Positions 26,687 through 38,303 of a stretch of DNA of 64,000 bases are shown here, in pieces (within the stretch, counting starts at the first letter, position 1; each line of letters starts with the position of its first letter). The notes below the pieces were generated by a model that searched no databases, was not told the DNA's origin, and worked only from the letters and a program-made list of their open reading frames with translations. The stretch comes from Fistulifera solaris (lineage: Eukaryota): NCBI GenBank assembly GCA_030295235.1, contig AP026133.1:62001-126000 (forward strand), written 5' to 3'. The translations under genes and the position numbers were made by a program.

Positions 26687-26717
26687 GAGAAGTCTCGGAG
26701 CTCGCAATATGAATCTT
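26687..26717 (+). promoter_or_regulatory. 20-bp conserved element followed by TGAATCTT upstream of SLC34 copy 2
   Basis: 26687-26706 is identical to 21014-21033. TGAATCTT at 26710-26717 fits the YGAATCTH motif I recall for the diatom phosphate-starvation regulator PSR. Confidence 0.45.
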
Positions 26718-26917
26718 GTTGATTCATTGAATAGATTCTTTTGTAAGAGATATACGAGATGCCAACCATTGGTGGCAGGGGGAAATACTTGTAATCACAA
26801 TCGCCTTCCCTTTCCTCAAGATCGTGTCAAAAACACAATTTGGATCTGAAAACGTTTTTTCCTTGCAAACACTTCTGACTTTTGATCCATCCCTGTTGAA
26901 AACTCTTTCTATTTGTC

Positions 26918-27069
26918 ATGGTAAGCAATTGTATTTGCTCTCGTGGTCAATTTTCTTGTTTACCAAGTGCGGGCTTTTCCATCAATACAAAGTACATACA
27001 TTCCTTCTATCCAACGAAAACGGTTATTGCTGGTTGGAATACATCATTACCACGATCTTCTGCGTTGCT

Positions 27070-27101
<32 letters not shown>

Positions 27102-28878
27102 ACACCCGTAATCACACCAAACACCTCTTTTCACATAACACACAGTCGGACGAAGATAGCAACGAACCCAAAAAACCCATTATTACATCACGCAAGGATC
27201 GTCCTACTGGATCGATTCACTTTGGTGATGATGATTTCAACGCTGACGAAGAACCGGCCGATGCCACTTGGGGTGAAGTCTTTCAAGCTTGCTGCGTACG
27301 CAGTCCTACAGAATGGGGCTACGCGTTTGGAGGATTCCTCGTCGTCTGCTTCTTCCTATACTTCTTCCTGTTTGGATTGGAGCTCATGGGAACAAGTGCC
27401 AAAGTCATGACGGGTTGCACTGCCGGTGCCCTCTTTGGAGATGAAACCAACCCCGTGGCTGGTCTCATGGTGGGTGTCTTGTCGACCGTCTTGTTGCAGT
27501 CGTCTTCGACCACTACTTCCATCATTGTGTCCCTCGTGGGTTCGGCCATTTCGGTTCGTCAAGCGATTTACATGGTCATGGGAGCCAACATTGGTACTAC
27601 CGTCACCAACACGTTGGTTTCTTTGGGTCAATTGGGAGATGCGGATCAGTTGGAACGTGCCTTTGCCGGTGCCACTGTACACGATATGTTCAACTACATG
27701 ACCGTGTGCATCCTTTTCCCCCTCGAGATTGCTACCGGGTACCTTCGTCACTTGACGGGTGCCATGGTCAAGAACGCCACCACCTCGGACGGCGAAACTT
27801 GGGAAGGACCCGTCAAGAAGTTTGTCTCGCCGCTGGGAGAGCGCATCATCAAGTCCAACAGCAAGTTAATTACGGCCGTTGCCAAGGGAACCGGTTCTTG
27901 TGACGACGGCGATGGCTTTTATCCCGTTCTTTGTGAGCCAGGAGAACCCACCGCTTCCAAGTGCAAGCAAGTTGGTCTCATTTCGTGCAACAGCGACAAG
28001 AATACATGCCCGTCGTTTTTCCAACCCAACGCAACCGCCAAAGATGATAAGGTTTCGGGTGGAGTGGTCTTTTCATTTCCATTGTCATTCTCTTTACGTG
28101 CTTGTTGGCGTTGGTGAATGTCTTGCAGCGCATGTTGCTCGGCTTGTCGACTCGTGTCGTGCACAAAGCGACCAATGTCAATGGGTACGTGGCGATTGCC
28201 GTTGGTTGCGGTTTGACCATCTTGGTCCAGTCTTCTTCGGTAGTAACTTCCGCTTTGACCCCTCTCGTGGGAATTGGTGCGATTCACATTAACCAGATGT
28301 ACCCCTTGACCTTGGGTTCCAACATTGGCACTACCGTCACGGCGTTGTTGGCTTCCATGGTCACGGAAGGAACCGAATCGTTGCAAGTTGCATTGTGCCA
28401 CTTGTTCTTCAACATTACCGGTATTGCCATTTTTTACCCGATCCCCTTTATGCGCGCGATCCCCATTCACGCCGCCCGTCAGCTCGGAAAAGCCACCCGT
28501 CAGTGGCGTGGATTCCCGTTCTTGTACATTGGTGTCATGTTTGTCCTTCTCCCCGCTATTTGCTTGGGTATCTCTTTCCTCTTTGCGGACGGCAGCAAGG
28601 GTCTCACGGTGCTCGGGTCGCTCTTGGTGGTGGTCCTCGTTTTGTCCTTTGGCTACCTTGCCTACTGGTGGCGTTTTAAAGACGGCAAGCAGACTCTCAA
28701 TGCTTGCTTTGAGCGTCGCGAACGTGCCCGCCTCACCATGCAAGATCTCCCGGATGACATGGAGTTTCTCAAGGCCAAGGTGATGGCCCTGATGGAACAC
28801 ACGGGCCTTCCGGATGATGAAGAACAGGGCGCGACGGACAAGATCAAGGACGAGGATGAAGAAGAAGTGGCGGCTTAA
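26918..28878 (+). CDS. Na+/phosphate cotransporter, SLC34 family, copy 2; ATG-only first exon, intron 26921-27145, one frameshift near 28070
   Basis: M|SDEDSNEPKKPII with the same QSSS, GANIGTT, GATVHD and GSNIGTT motifs as copy 1. Frame break lies in a T-run (GGVVF/F). Confidence 0.93.
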
Positions 28879-29306
28879 AAAGTCGATGAGCGTTCTATAT
28901 ATGTGGTAGTTATTTCTCTTGTGGAGTAGAGTTCGGTCGAACTTTTATTAGAACTCCGTGTTTGCACAGTGATATATATATATATATTCTAGTTCTAGTT
29001 AGACGTGTTGTATGGAATGAGTTTATTATTTATTTGCAAGAGTTCGGTATCATGTCCGAAGCCGGAAGGACGTTCTGACTTTTCATCGACCGGAAATTTG
29101 TTAAATCAACGGATAGTGTAAGGAGAGTGAAGAAACTCGGATTCAGCAAAAAAAACGCTCTGGAAAAAGTGTCGTATTATGTATGATTTGGAAACAACAG
29201 GGCTGTGCGACTTGCAGTGTATTTGTCAATTTATTTGTTATGCGTTTTTACTCATTTCTATGGACTATCTATATCTCTCTCTCTCTCTTTCTTTCTCTCT
29301 TTCTTT

Positions 29307-29732
29307 TTAGGACTCGGTTCGTTCACCGTGACATTGCCAATCATCGGCACGATACGATTTAATGTGACATCGTTCTGCATGGTTTTCCAAATAATGATAC
29401 AAAATGGTTCCGACATTCGATAGATGGCAAGCTACCAACGATAAATTGCGCGTCACGCACAACGAAGCGATGGCCCAGGCGGTCGAATAGAGGACGACAT
29501 CTTGTGTCATCGCTAACGAAGGTGGTGGTGACGACGACGACGACTCGGAAGACGCGGTCATGCTCCATCCCGCACAGGCTCCCAATAGACTCCAATATGT
29601 GAAAAAGCAATGATGATGATTCGTTGGATCGGCATGGAACCACAACGACAGCAATCCTTGTGATCGACGTTGTTGTTGTTGTTGTCGTCGCACAATTTGT
29701 TGCAACAACGTCGAATATCGTTGCATTGACAT
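29307..29732 (-). CDS. Small uncharacterised membrane protein; paralogue of 23596-24045
   Basis: FTYWSLLGACAGWSMT, SSSSSPPPSLAMTQDVVLYST, ACHLSNVGTI and YRADDWQCHGE; Arg-rich N-terminus. Confidence 0.65.
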   Translation of the reverse strand: MSMQRYSTLLQQIVRRQQQQQRRSQGLLSLWFHADPTNHHHCFFTYWSLLGACAGWSMTASSESSSSSPPPSLAMTQDVVLYSTAWAIASLCVTRNLSLVACHLSNVGTILYHYLENHAERCHIKSYRADDWQCHGERTES

Positions 29733-30540
29733 GGATTTGATCTTTATGTTTTTATTAAGTGTTGATGAGAAATAATAAAGAATGGTTATGAGGATCGTCG
29801 AAACGTTGGGAATGCAAATCGGAGAAATTATTTGTGCTTTTTTTGTGATGTTTTCCGAGCGGTCGGAGAAACAAACACCATCATGTCCATCTCGCGTAAG
29901 GGAGGCATTTCTCGCCTAAAAACAAATGAATGGTGGATAGTGGGTGGTGGGTGTCTGCTTGGCCATTATCAACTTGAACTTGCCGGACAGAATAAGCTTT
30001 ATGCGAGATGCGAGTATCAGCTTTCTTCTAATGCAGCGTCAAACGAAAGTGTACTTTCGATTTACTATGAGAAAGCTTTCGTGGTGCCAGCGCACACTTG
30101 TTCTTTGAGCTTTGTCCTTTGCCTTCCGCGTCGATTGTGCTTGTACTTTCGTTTCGCCCAACCGGGACCGTCGGGAAATTCTCAATCCCGAGCGCTATCA
30201 CGGTGGTTTCTCGCTAGAATTGCTCGTTTTCGTTCACGGCATCGACCTTAAACGTGGGGGAGGGTTCTAATTTCCAATCGACGCATCCAAATTGTGTCTC
30301 CCGCCACCGCCTTCCAGGCGAATGTACAAATAATACACTATGCCAAAAACGAGCTGCTACCTTTTGGCCGTGGACGAAGCAGTAGCATCACCTTCGTTCC
30401 TACGAAGTTTAGAAAAGTTCTATCACTCATTTCGCCAATAACAGCCTCGTTTTTAAAGTAAACGAAAGTAATTTAATAACTTATGCATATCATTAGGATG
30501 TTCCGAAAAGCCGCCCCCGACGTCTCAAGCGTTGCTTGGC

Positions 30541-31304
30541 TTACAATTGTGTCAAGTAAGGTTTCAGCATAACGTCCACCACACCTCGTCCAGTGCGGAG
30601 ATTCTCAGTACTCACGCAGATCGGATCAGTTGCTGTGAACGTAAAGGTGTCTTTCACATCCTGATTTTCGTTTTGTGACAACTCTGTAGGAATCATTTGG
30701 TTGAAGATTTTCGTGACACATTCGGCACCAATTTCTACGCCCGTGCCACCTCCGCAGGGCGTGCAGGGACAAGATTCTCCACCAATCGATGCGGTACATC
30801 CACTGACGCTAATCGTACGATCACGGAGACTCGGACGACTGTTGCTGGAAACATCCAAACACGCGTTGGGAATGGTGAAATTTAATTTGGGGGCAAATCG
30901 ACATCGGACGCGCTATATTCGGGACCGGCAACCTTATCGACGAGCTGTTCGGCGTCTACTACCATGAGAGCTTGTCCGGTGCAGCCACCAATCTCCACGT
31001 CTCCATTGGCTCGTTTGGGGAAGCGTCCTTTGAACGTCGGATTCAAGCAGGTCGATTCTTCGTAAATAATAGGCAACTCCACAGGAAGAAGACCATCGAA
31101 CAATCCACCGACATCACTGATACAAACTTCAGTGGCACAGTCGAAAAGAGGACGACGAATGAAGCGAAGTCCGCAGTCGCATTCAAAGGGAAAGGGAGGA
31201 TCGATGGCGGTGATGACTTGGCTCATGAGTCCATTGCACAAGGGGCCGGCTTGTGCGGGGGCAATCGATACCAATAGCAGCAAAGAAGAAAGGGAGAGTT
31301 TCAT
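30541..31304 (-). CDS. Secreted Cys-containing protein of unknown function, one frameshift near 30885
   Basis: Signal peptide MKLSLSSLLLLVSIAPAQA; two consecutive Cys-rich ORFs (30882-31304 and 30541-30858) on the same strand. Confidence 0.55.
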
Positions 31305-32073
31305 TTTGATGTGCTATAAAGACGTTGAGAATAATCGTCAAAACGAGAGGAAACAAAAAAAAGGAAAAGGCGATTTTGTGTGATCGTTGTCGCTAACCAG
31401 CGTGTTCCAATCGGTCATAACTCGTTTTCTTCAGTCATCGGCGTGATAGTCGAGAAGATCATTGCTCCACTATTTATTGAGAACGGAATTCCAATACCGG
31501 TACCGTGTACCGTACGTGATACTCCAGTAAGTAGTGATAAGACGTGCTTCGTCAATCATTATTTATCAAGTCAAAGTACATCTTGTACTATTTTCTAATC
31601 TTGAGTCATTTACTCTTTACTCCCTACGAAGACTATCGTTCATCGTTCGTGGAGAACCGAGGAATCAAAGGATGTTTTTCTTGGCCCAACCTAATGTCTG
31701 GCAGAGCCAGTCACAAGTCCAATAGGCACTTGCTGGCCGTCTGGCGTCTGGTGTAGGCTTCTCTGCTCTCTGCTGTCTGCTGTCTCCGACTTTCTCATTG
31801 GGCCTTCGAAAGTCGTCCCAAGTAGTCGTCCCGAAACTGGACAGTCGCGATAAACGAACTTATGGTCTCTCTCTCTCTCTCTCTCTCGAAGAGAGAAAGA
31901 AGCCGGAGTGATGAAAAGAAGAGGTCAAGTTGTGTTTTTTTTTGTTACTCTTTATTAATAATTTTATTTCAAATACTCTCATGAAATATGACTATGAATT
32001 GATTGGAAAAACGGTTGTCTTATTCTCTCGGTAAGAGAATGACGCACTCTGGGTTTGATTCCCTCCATTTTTA

Positions 32074-34515
32074 TTACCATGTCACACACTGCATCGCGGA
32101 ACCGTTCTGTTTGCATTTGTAACCGGCATTGCAGCAGCCATTCGCGACCGTGCAGGGCTGCCAGTTACCACCACAAGCCAATTGCTTCGGTTGGCACTGG
32201 CCGTTGCGGCATTCAAAGCCACTGTTGGCACAGCAATTGTCTTTAGCGCCACATTGTTGATAATCGCCACCACACGCCGGTTTGCACGTCTTGGTGGCGG
32301 CTTCGCAGGCAAATTTGGGATCGGAGCAGCCGAGCATACCGCACATGCCGTAGTTGTTGCCGTACGAGGGACGGCAAACACCATCGACTTCGCAAGAAAA
32401 GGTATTGTCGCAACATTTACCGCTGGATGCACAGCTTTGATACGCCGATCCGCACGTTGCTTCGGGTTGGCACGTGCCGTTTTGACATGTGTAACCGCTG
32501 TTGCAGCATTTGCGATCAGCACTGCATTGTCCGCCGTTCGCGGCACACGTCGGTTGGCATTGACTGTTGCCGTTGGTGACCACGCAAGCTTGAGGAACTT
32601 GATCTTGGCAACAGCCGACAAATTTACAGCTTTGCCAAGTCGCTGCACACGTGGGCAAGTCCATGCATGTCTTCATGCCGTTGTCGTCGACACACGTCAA
32701 ACCACCGCAGCAGGCAAAGTCTTCACTGCATTGTTGTCCTTGGTTCTGGCAGACTGCTGTGCTCTTGCATGTACTCATTCCGGTGTACTGATTTTGGAAG
32801 CACTTGGTACCTTCACAGCATTCACCCAAAGCACAAGTTTCGTGTTCGGGGACGCATGTCGGGATAGCGCGGCACTGTTTGTTGCCACCGCCCATGTCCT
32901 TGCATTCCAAACTGTCGCAGCAATCATCTGACATTTCGCACGTACGAAATTCGGGGTAGCACTTTTCGATGACGCGGCATTGCTTGGGGCCATCACTTTC
33001 CGAAATGCAGGACATGCCGCTGCAGCAATCCGCCTCGCTTTGACAGAGGTTCCATTCGTCAAAACAAGCGGGCTTTTGGGCCAGACATTGGTGCGTAAAG
33101 CCGACCGAGTAGCATTGGAATCCAGCACAGCAGTTGGCGTCGGAAGTGCACAAACCGAATTCGTTGTTGCACGTGGCAGTGGTAGCGGCGGCGGCGCGGC
33201 CATCGTTCGAGGCGGTTGCTTGTTGAATACCAATGAGAGCGGTATCAATGATGCAGGTGATTTCATCGTTACAGGCTTTCTTGATCGCCGGACTGACATC
33301 CTTGAGGAACTGATCGAGCGTGTTACCGAATGGGAGCTCGCAGTGACGAATGTCGTCTTGATAATCAACTCCCTCCGTAAATGTAAAGAGCGATTCGCGT
33401 TCGTCGATGCACCAGTTTTTAACGCAATACTCGTAACCATCTTGACGCAAGCGCGCGTTGATATCCGAGGGAACCGGAAGGGGCTTGCCATCACGATCCA
33501 TCCAGTCGTTCATGGGGTTGCCATCGGCGTCACCCCACAATCCGAGGAAGGTATCCACGTCGGGAACCCATCCGTACATGTCAAAGAAGCATCCGTTGTC
33601 AGCGTAGTGCACGTTGGCCTCGACCTTGAAACCGGTGGCGGGATACACAATGTTGATGCGGCTTCCGGAGAATTCGAGAACAACATCATCGGAACCAGTT
33701 CCGTCGGCAACTTCGCGCTTGACACCGTCTACGAAAAAGAGCATTTTGCAACCGTAATCGACCGTGTTGCTGTTTCCAGTAAAGGTGGTATCTTTAAAGG
33801 GGAAACTGATTTCAACTTTGGGAACTGGGCCTTCGTCTTGCATGACAATACCTTTGATACTCGACCAAGCCCATCCCGGTCCGGAAACACCGGGCAAGAA
33901 GCGGAATCGGGCTTGAATTTGACGGCGAGTGACGGCTGACTTCATCAAAATGAATTCACCACCGGCTTGGCAATCAAAACCGAGACCATCGTACGTTTGC
34001 ACGTGTCTGCGTGTCAGACGATGTGAGATAAGGGGGCGAGAAATGAGAGACAAAACAACCCGTTTTTTCCGGTACTTACGGGTCACCCCAACTTCCAGCG
34101 AATTCCAAATTCGATTTGCCCAAAGTAATCATGTTATCAGGTTCATCAGCCTTGGTAGGAGGCAAGGTGGGTTCCGTAACGGAATTACCCGGATCATAGA
34201 GACGAGTATCGACGGTTTGGACTTGACATTCCGCGTTTCCAGTGGACGTTTCGGCACAGACAAGGTCATCACAGCATCCCATACCGGAACTGCAATCATA
34301 CCATTCAGGGAGACAGGAAGGAGGCGGCTGGCACTTTTTGAAGAAGTTGTATCCAAAGCACGCAAAACCATCACAGCATCCGTCTTGATTAACGAGACAA
34401 GAGCCATTCTCAGCGATGCACAAGGGGTTCGTGACATCTTCATCGCATTCCTTCAACGCGTGGATGGCAGAAGGAGCCAGAGCGGATAAAGGAACACGCC
34501 AAACGACAATTTCAT
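32074..34515 (-). CDS. Secreted von Willebrand factor D (VWD) domain protein with about 13 six-Cys (knottin/CBM1-like) repeats; intron ~34007-34079
   Basis: GSWGDP|HVQTYDGLGFDCQAGGEFIL...LGLWGDADGNPMNDW is a VWD signature. C-x6-C-x4/6-CC-x3/6-C-xn-C repeats: 2 N-terminal and ~11 C-terminal. Signal peptide MKLSFGVFL...SAIHA carries a frameshift. Confidence 0.8.
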
Positions 34516-35826
34516 GTTGGTGTTTGGTGGTCAAAGGATTTAAAAATAAATGATTTTTATGAAGGGAAAGAGATCTCGATGGGTAAAAAGCTTCCCAGTG
34601 AGCTACACAACGCAGTCATTATCTCATTTTCGGATTAACACAAAGAGTACTATGATATTGTCCGCAAAAGCAACTGTTTAGAACTACGACTAACTCAGTA
34701 GAAGACAGTCTGATGAAAGTGTTCAGCTGGATTCGCCTAGCCCAAACCTCTTTACGTAGTACATGTAATGTTATTGTCAATCAAACGAATGACCGAATCT
34801 ATTCTTAGAATTTCGGCTGCGGTGTTTGCCGCGGGCCGCGGCCACGTAAATTTTTGGTATCTCCTCTACAAATTACGAAAGTGGCCAGCGACATCGACAA
34901 GTCGACAATAAAACTCCGAAAGGGAAGGGGGCTATTCAACCGCAAAGATGGAGAACTATCCGTGAATCAGAACTCGGGGCGTCGTTGTTTAGTGGATTTC
35001 TATGCCAGAGAAGCGTAAGACATCGGACTTTTGCAAATGGAATCTGGACCCTGTTCCGTTTGTACTGTACTTTCAGACTCGAGCTGGGACTGTCTCATTT
35101 TCTAAGGGCGCTGTTCCTGTAGCTCTCTTTAGAGGCCCTAGACCTAGACTTAGGCTTGAAGCTCTAGTTAGCTACTAGACTTTACCTCCGGCGATCGGCG
35201 TCTACGAGTAAACAACAAAAAGAGATCAAAAAAAAGGTAATGAAAAGACTACAGCTTGAATCTGTCTTCGCAAGAAACCGCCAAGAACGGCAAACCTCGT
35301 AAACACAATAGGCTAACGTACCGGTACCTGGTAGTCATTACAAGTGCTGTATGTAGGACAAAAACGAATCTAATTGCTAGATTACCAGTAACGTTCTAAT
35401 TTCCAATTCAATCCGTAGCTTCTACAGAGTCGCTTTAAAAACTACCCTTTACTATTATTTTTGATCAAATCATCGCCCTGACCACAAGCTCAAAGGTTTT
35501 CTTCGTAACATTACAGCCAACACGGGTTGACAGCTTACTTTTGCCTTTAGACTCCAGAGATACCCATGAGGTTAGGCGCGTTGTTTCTCGCTCGTTTCCC
35601 TTCACTGGACTAAAGTACTGGTATTTCTTTCCACTGTTCCTATCTTTTGTGTTTGTACAAGGACCGAGAACAGCAATGATACTTGATATAACATAAAACA
35701 ACAATATTAACAAATGTTTTAGTCATCATGGAGTCGTTGCTATGATGAATCCTTGTTTCGTAGAACTGGGTTCCTTGCTCCAAAATATCCGCTTGTTGTT
35801 CCTCTCTATGATGCCTCACCAATGTG

Positions 35827-36333
35827 TCATCTCGGTCCGAACGGCCACCATTTCTGGTACGCCATCGATTGTTGCCTGGATTGTTGAATGGCCCGTACTT
35901 GTTCACGAGCCGCCCGCAATTCGTCTTTGGTGGCACCCCCTTGCTGTGCCAAGACTTCTCGAACGTACAAGGACAAGGCGGGTACCACTTTTGGTTGAGA
36001 ATACTTCTTATCGCGCAGGGATCGTTCTTCGATGTAGACCGCATTCCAGTCGAGCATTAAGGGAACGCCATTCCGCACCGCCGGATGATCGCCGAGGATC
36101 AATGGATGATGATACACCGAGACGGTCGAACAAAACGAGACAGATTTCTTTTTGTTGCCTGTCTTGATGGTATTATTGTGTGATGAAGTGCTGCTTAGGG
36201 AGGGTTCCAGCACGACTTCTTCTTGTTCATCCTCTTGTTGCTCCGAGACGGTCTCTTCCGTATGCGTGCGTTGTCGCTTCAAATCTGTCAATGTTTTCCG
36301 TCGGAGCCAACACAGATCGTTTGTTGCCTTCAT
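35827..36333 (-). CDS. Small protein with KKSVSF..V....LGDHP.V..G.PL.LDW motif (CSRNP N-terminal-like); paralogue of 7299-7719
   Basis: KKKSVSFCSTVSVYHHPLILGDHPAVRNGVPLMLDW...VREVLAQQGGATKDELRAAREQVRAIQQSRQQS. Confidence 0.6.
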   Translation of the reverse strand: MKATNDLCWLRRKTLTDLKRQRTHTEETVSEQQEDEQEEVVLEPSLSSTSSHNNTIKTGNKKKSVSFCSTVSVYHHPLILGDHPAVRNGVPLMLDWNAVYIEERSLRDKKYSQPKVVPALSLYVREVLAQQGGATKDELRAAREQVRAIQQSRQQSMAYQKWWPFGPR

Positions 36334-38303
36334 GCTATTTGTGCTTTGAGCAGATTTTTGTGCTGTATCATCGATTAATATGGAAATTGATTTGTTGAGA
36401 AAGGTTATTAACATCGTGTGCACGCCGCGTGTTTTGCGGGCTCGATGGCTTTGGACTTCGGGACGTTTGGTTCTCGATGCTTCCAAAATGCGGACACGCG
36501 AGGTGCGAGGTCCGCAGGAAGTCAAAAGATACGATGACGTTGAACGAGGCTGGCTTTCTCGCAGCACAATAAGCATGAGAGATATCACGATAATAGTGGT
36601 TAAACTACTTTGATGATATATTTAGCTTGTGTTACCACCTAAAAATGAAATTTTGATTGACGTTGTGTCTAAGTAACGATACCGTGCCAATTGTACTGAG
36701 AAATGATTAGGTACATGAACTACTTTTGCATTTAGTGTCTTTGGTCGTGGAACGGAATACAAAACCAGAAATCGTGCAAGCGGCAAACCACACGGATCAG
36801 ATGTCCGGTTCACGTACACTATCATTCTAGAGAGCAGTCTTTAAAGTCACACTGCGTCTTCTGCGGCTTCGAGGCGTCGCGAGGGAGATACGTAGGAGGC
36901 GCCTGCCTTATTCTTTTAAATGAAGGAAACATGACATGCTAAGATCTTTTCAAAATATGACGCTTCATGCCGAGCTTTTGGATTGACAGAGACAGTTACA
37001 TCACTTCATTGTTGGAAAAAGCACTTGTGCGTCCGAGTTCTCGTCGTGATGGATAAAGTCTCGTTAGGAGAGTATAAGGCGCTGTCTGGTCTATCTTATT
37101 TAAGCTCCCGCTTCCGCCTTACGTTTAGCTGAACAAAGCAGCAAAGTCTCTGAGATATTTTTGTTCCGGCTGTGCAATCGAAGAATATAGTTATTGTAAG
37201 CATGAAGCTCGATACCTCCTACCAGTGCAAGTGCTATGTGTCTTAGCTCATGCCAATGAATAGGTGCGTACATCAATGACTGACAAGCAGCATCCATCTG
37301 CGGTTTCTCCGAACCCCCATGATCCACGGCAACACTAATTAGGATTGCTTCTCTTGGGCGTCACTGCATTGCATTCGGACTGGAATGTTCCCCATGACTC
37401 GTGCCGCTAGGCGGATGCCATACAATGCTTGTAGAACAATTCCAGTCCCCATGTGTTGCACCATTCAATTCGAAACAATACACCACGAGTGATGATTCAT
37501 TCCGATGATATTTCACGTCACGACAGAGGGCATTTCCTTTTCATAAGGCATGATACAAGAGTTTCACCATATTCTCTTGTTGATACACAATGTCGAGGAC
37601 GTCATCATTTGTTGAAGTAAAATTTAGGTCCTGCGGGGATGTACGTTTTTTTTGCTTTTTTGTTCGAGATTTCCTGTAACGATTCTGTTTTCTTCGTGTT
37701 CATTGTAGAGTCCGGAGTCTTCAAAGGAACAACATGGTTGCAAGCCATCAAAGCTTCGCACAGAATAGAAACCATGAAACAAAAGGATATACAAAGAAAA
37801 CCGTGATGTCATGATTTTTTCACGTAACGTGGGGTAGAGTCAATAATGACTGCATTGGGAAATGTCTCCTTCTTCACTTCATGCAAGCAGCCATCAGAAC
37901 TCAATTTGATACCAGGTGACGAGTAAGAGAGAATAACCATCGACTTCCTTTCGATCAAATGAAAGCTTTGAATAAGACAAAATAGGAAGGAGTAAACAAG
38001 ATGGTAAGAACAGAAGAATTAGGCTTCTGCATGCGATGCGATGGCAGTGCACACGAGAAACGCAAAGGAAAAGATAAATACAGGAATTAACTAGTCATCA
38101 GTCATCTTTATTGTGTACCTCTCCGACCTTGTTTGTGAAGCCTTCTGCAGCGTAAGGAGTCGGACCGTCATTAATGTTTATAATGGGAAAAATCATCGTT
38201 GTGAACCGAACTAAAGCGAGCGTTCTTGCTCCAATTCATTGCTTTGATTTGTATGTGACGTTTCTATTAGAGGTGATGAAAGATCTGATTCAGCTAGACG
38301 CTC

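Noticed and set aside
27919..33939. Long antisense ORFs (27919-28800, 32182-32931, 32980-33939; also 12661-13425 and 22314-23012)
   Set aside because: Shadow frames of well-supported genes, explained by codon bias.
1421..34515. Programmed ribosomal frameshifting or pseudogene status for the cyclase-PDE, SLC34 copy 2 and VWD genes
   Set aside because: The breaks are isolated single-base indels, often in homopolymers, within otherwise intact genes; sequencing error is the simpler explanation.
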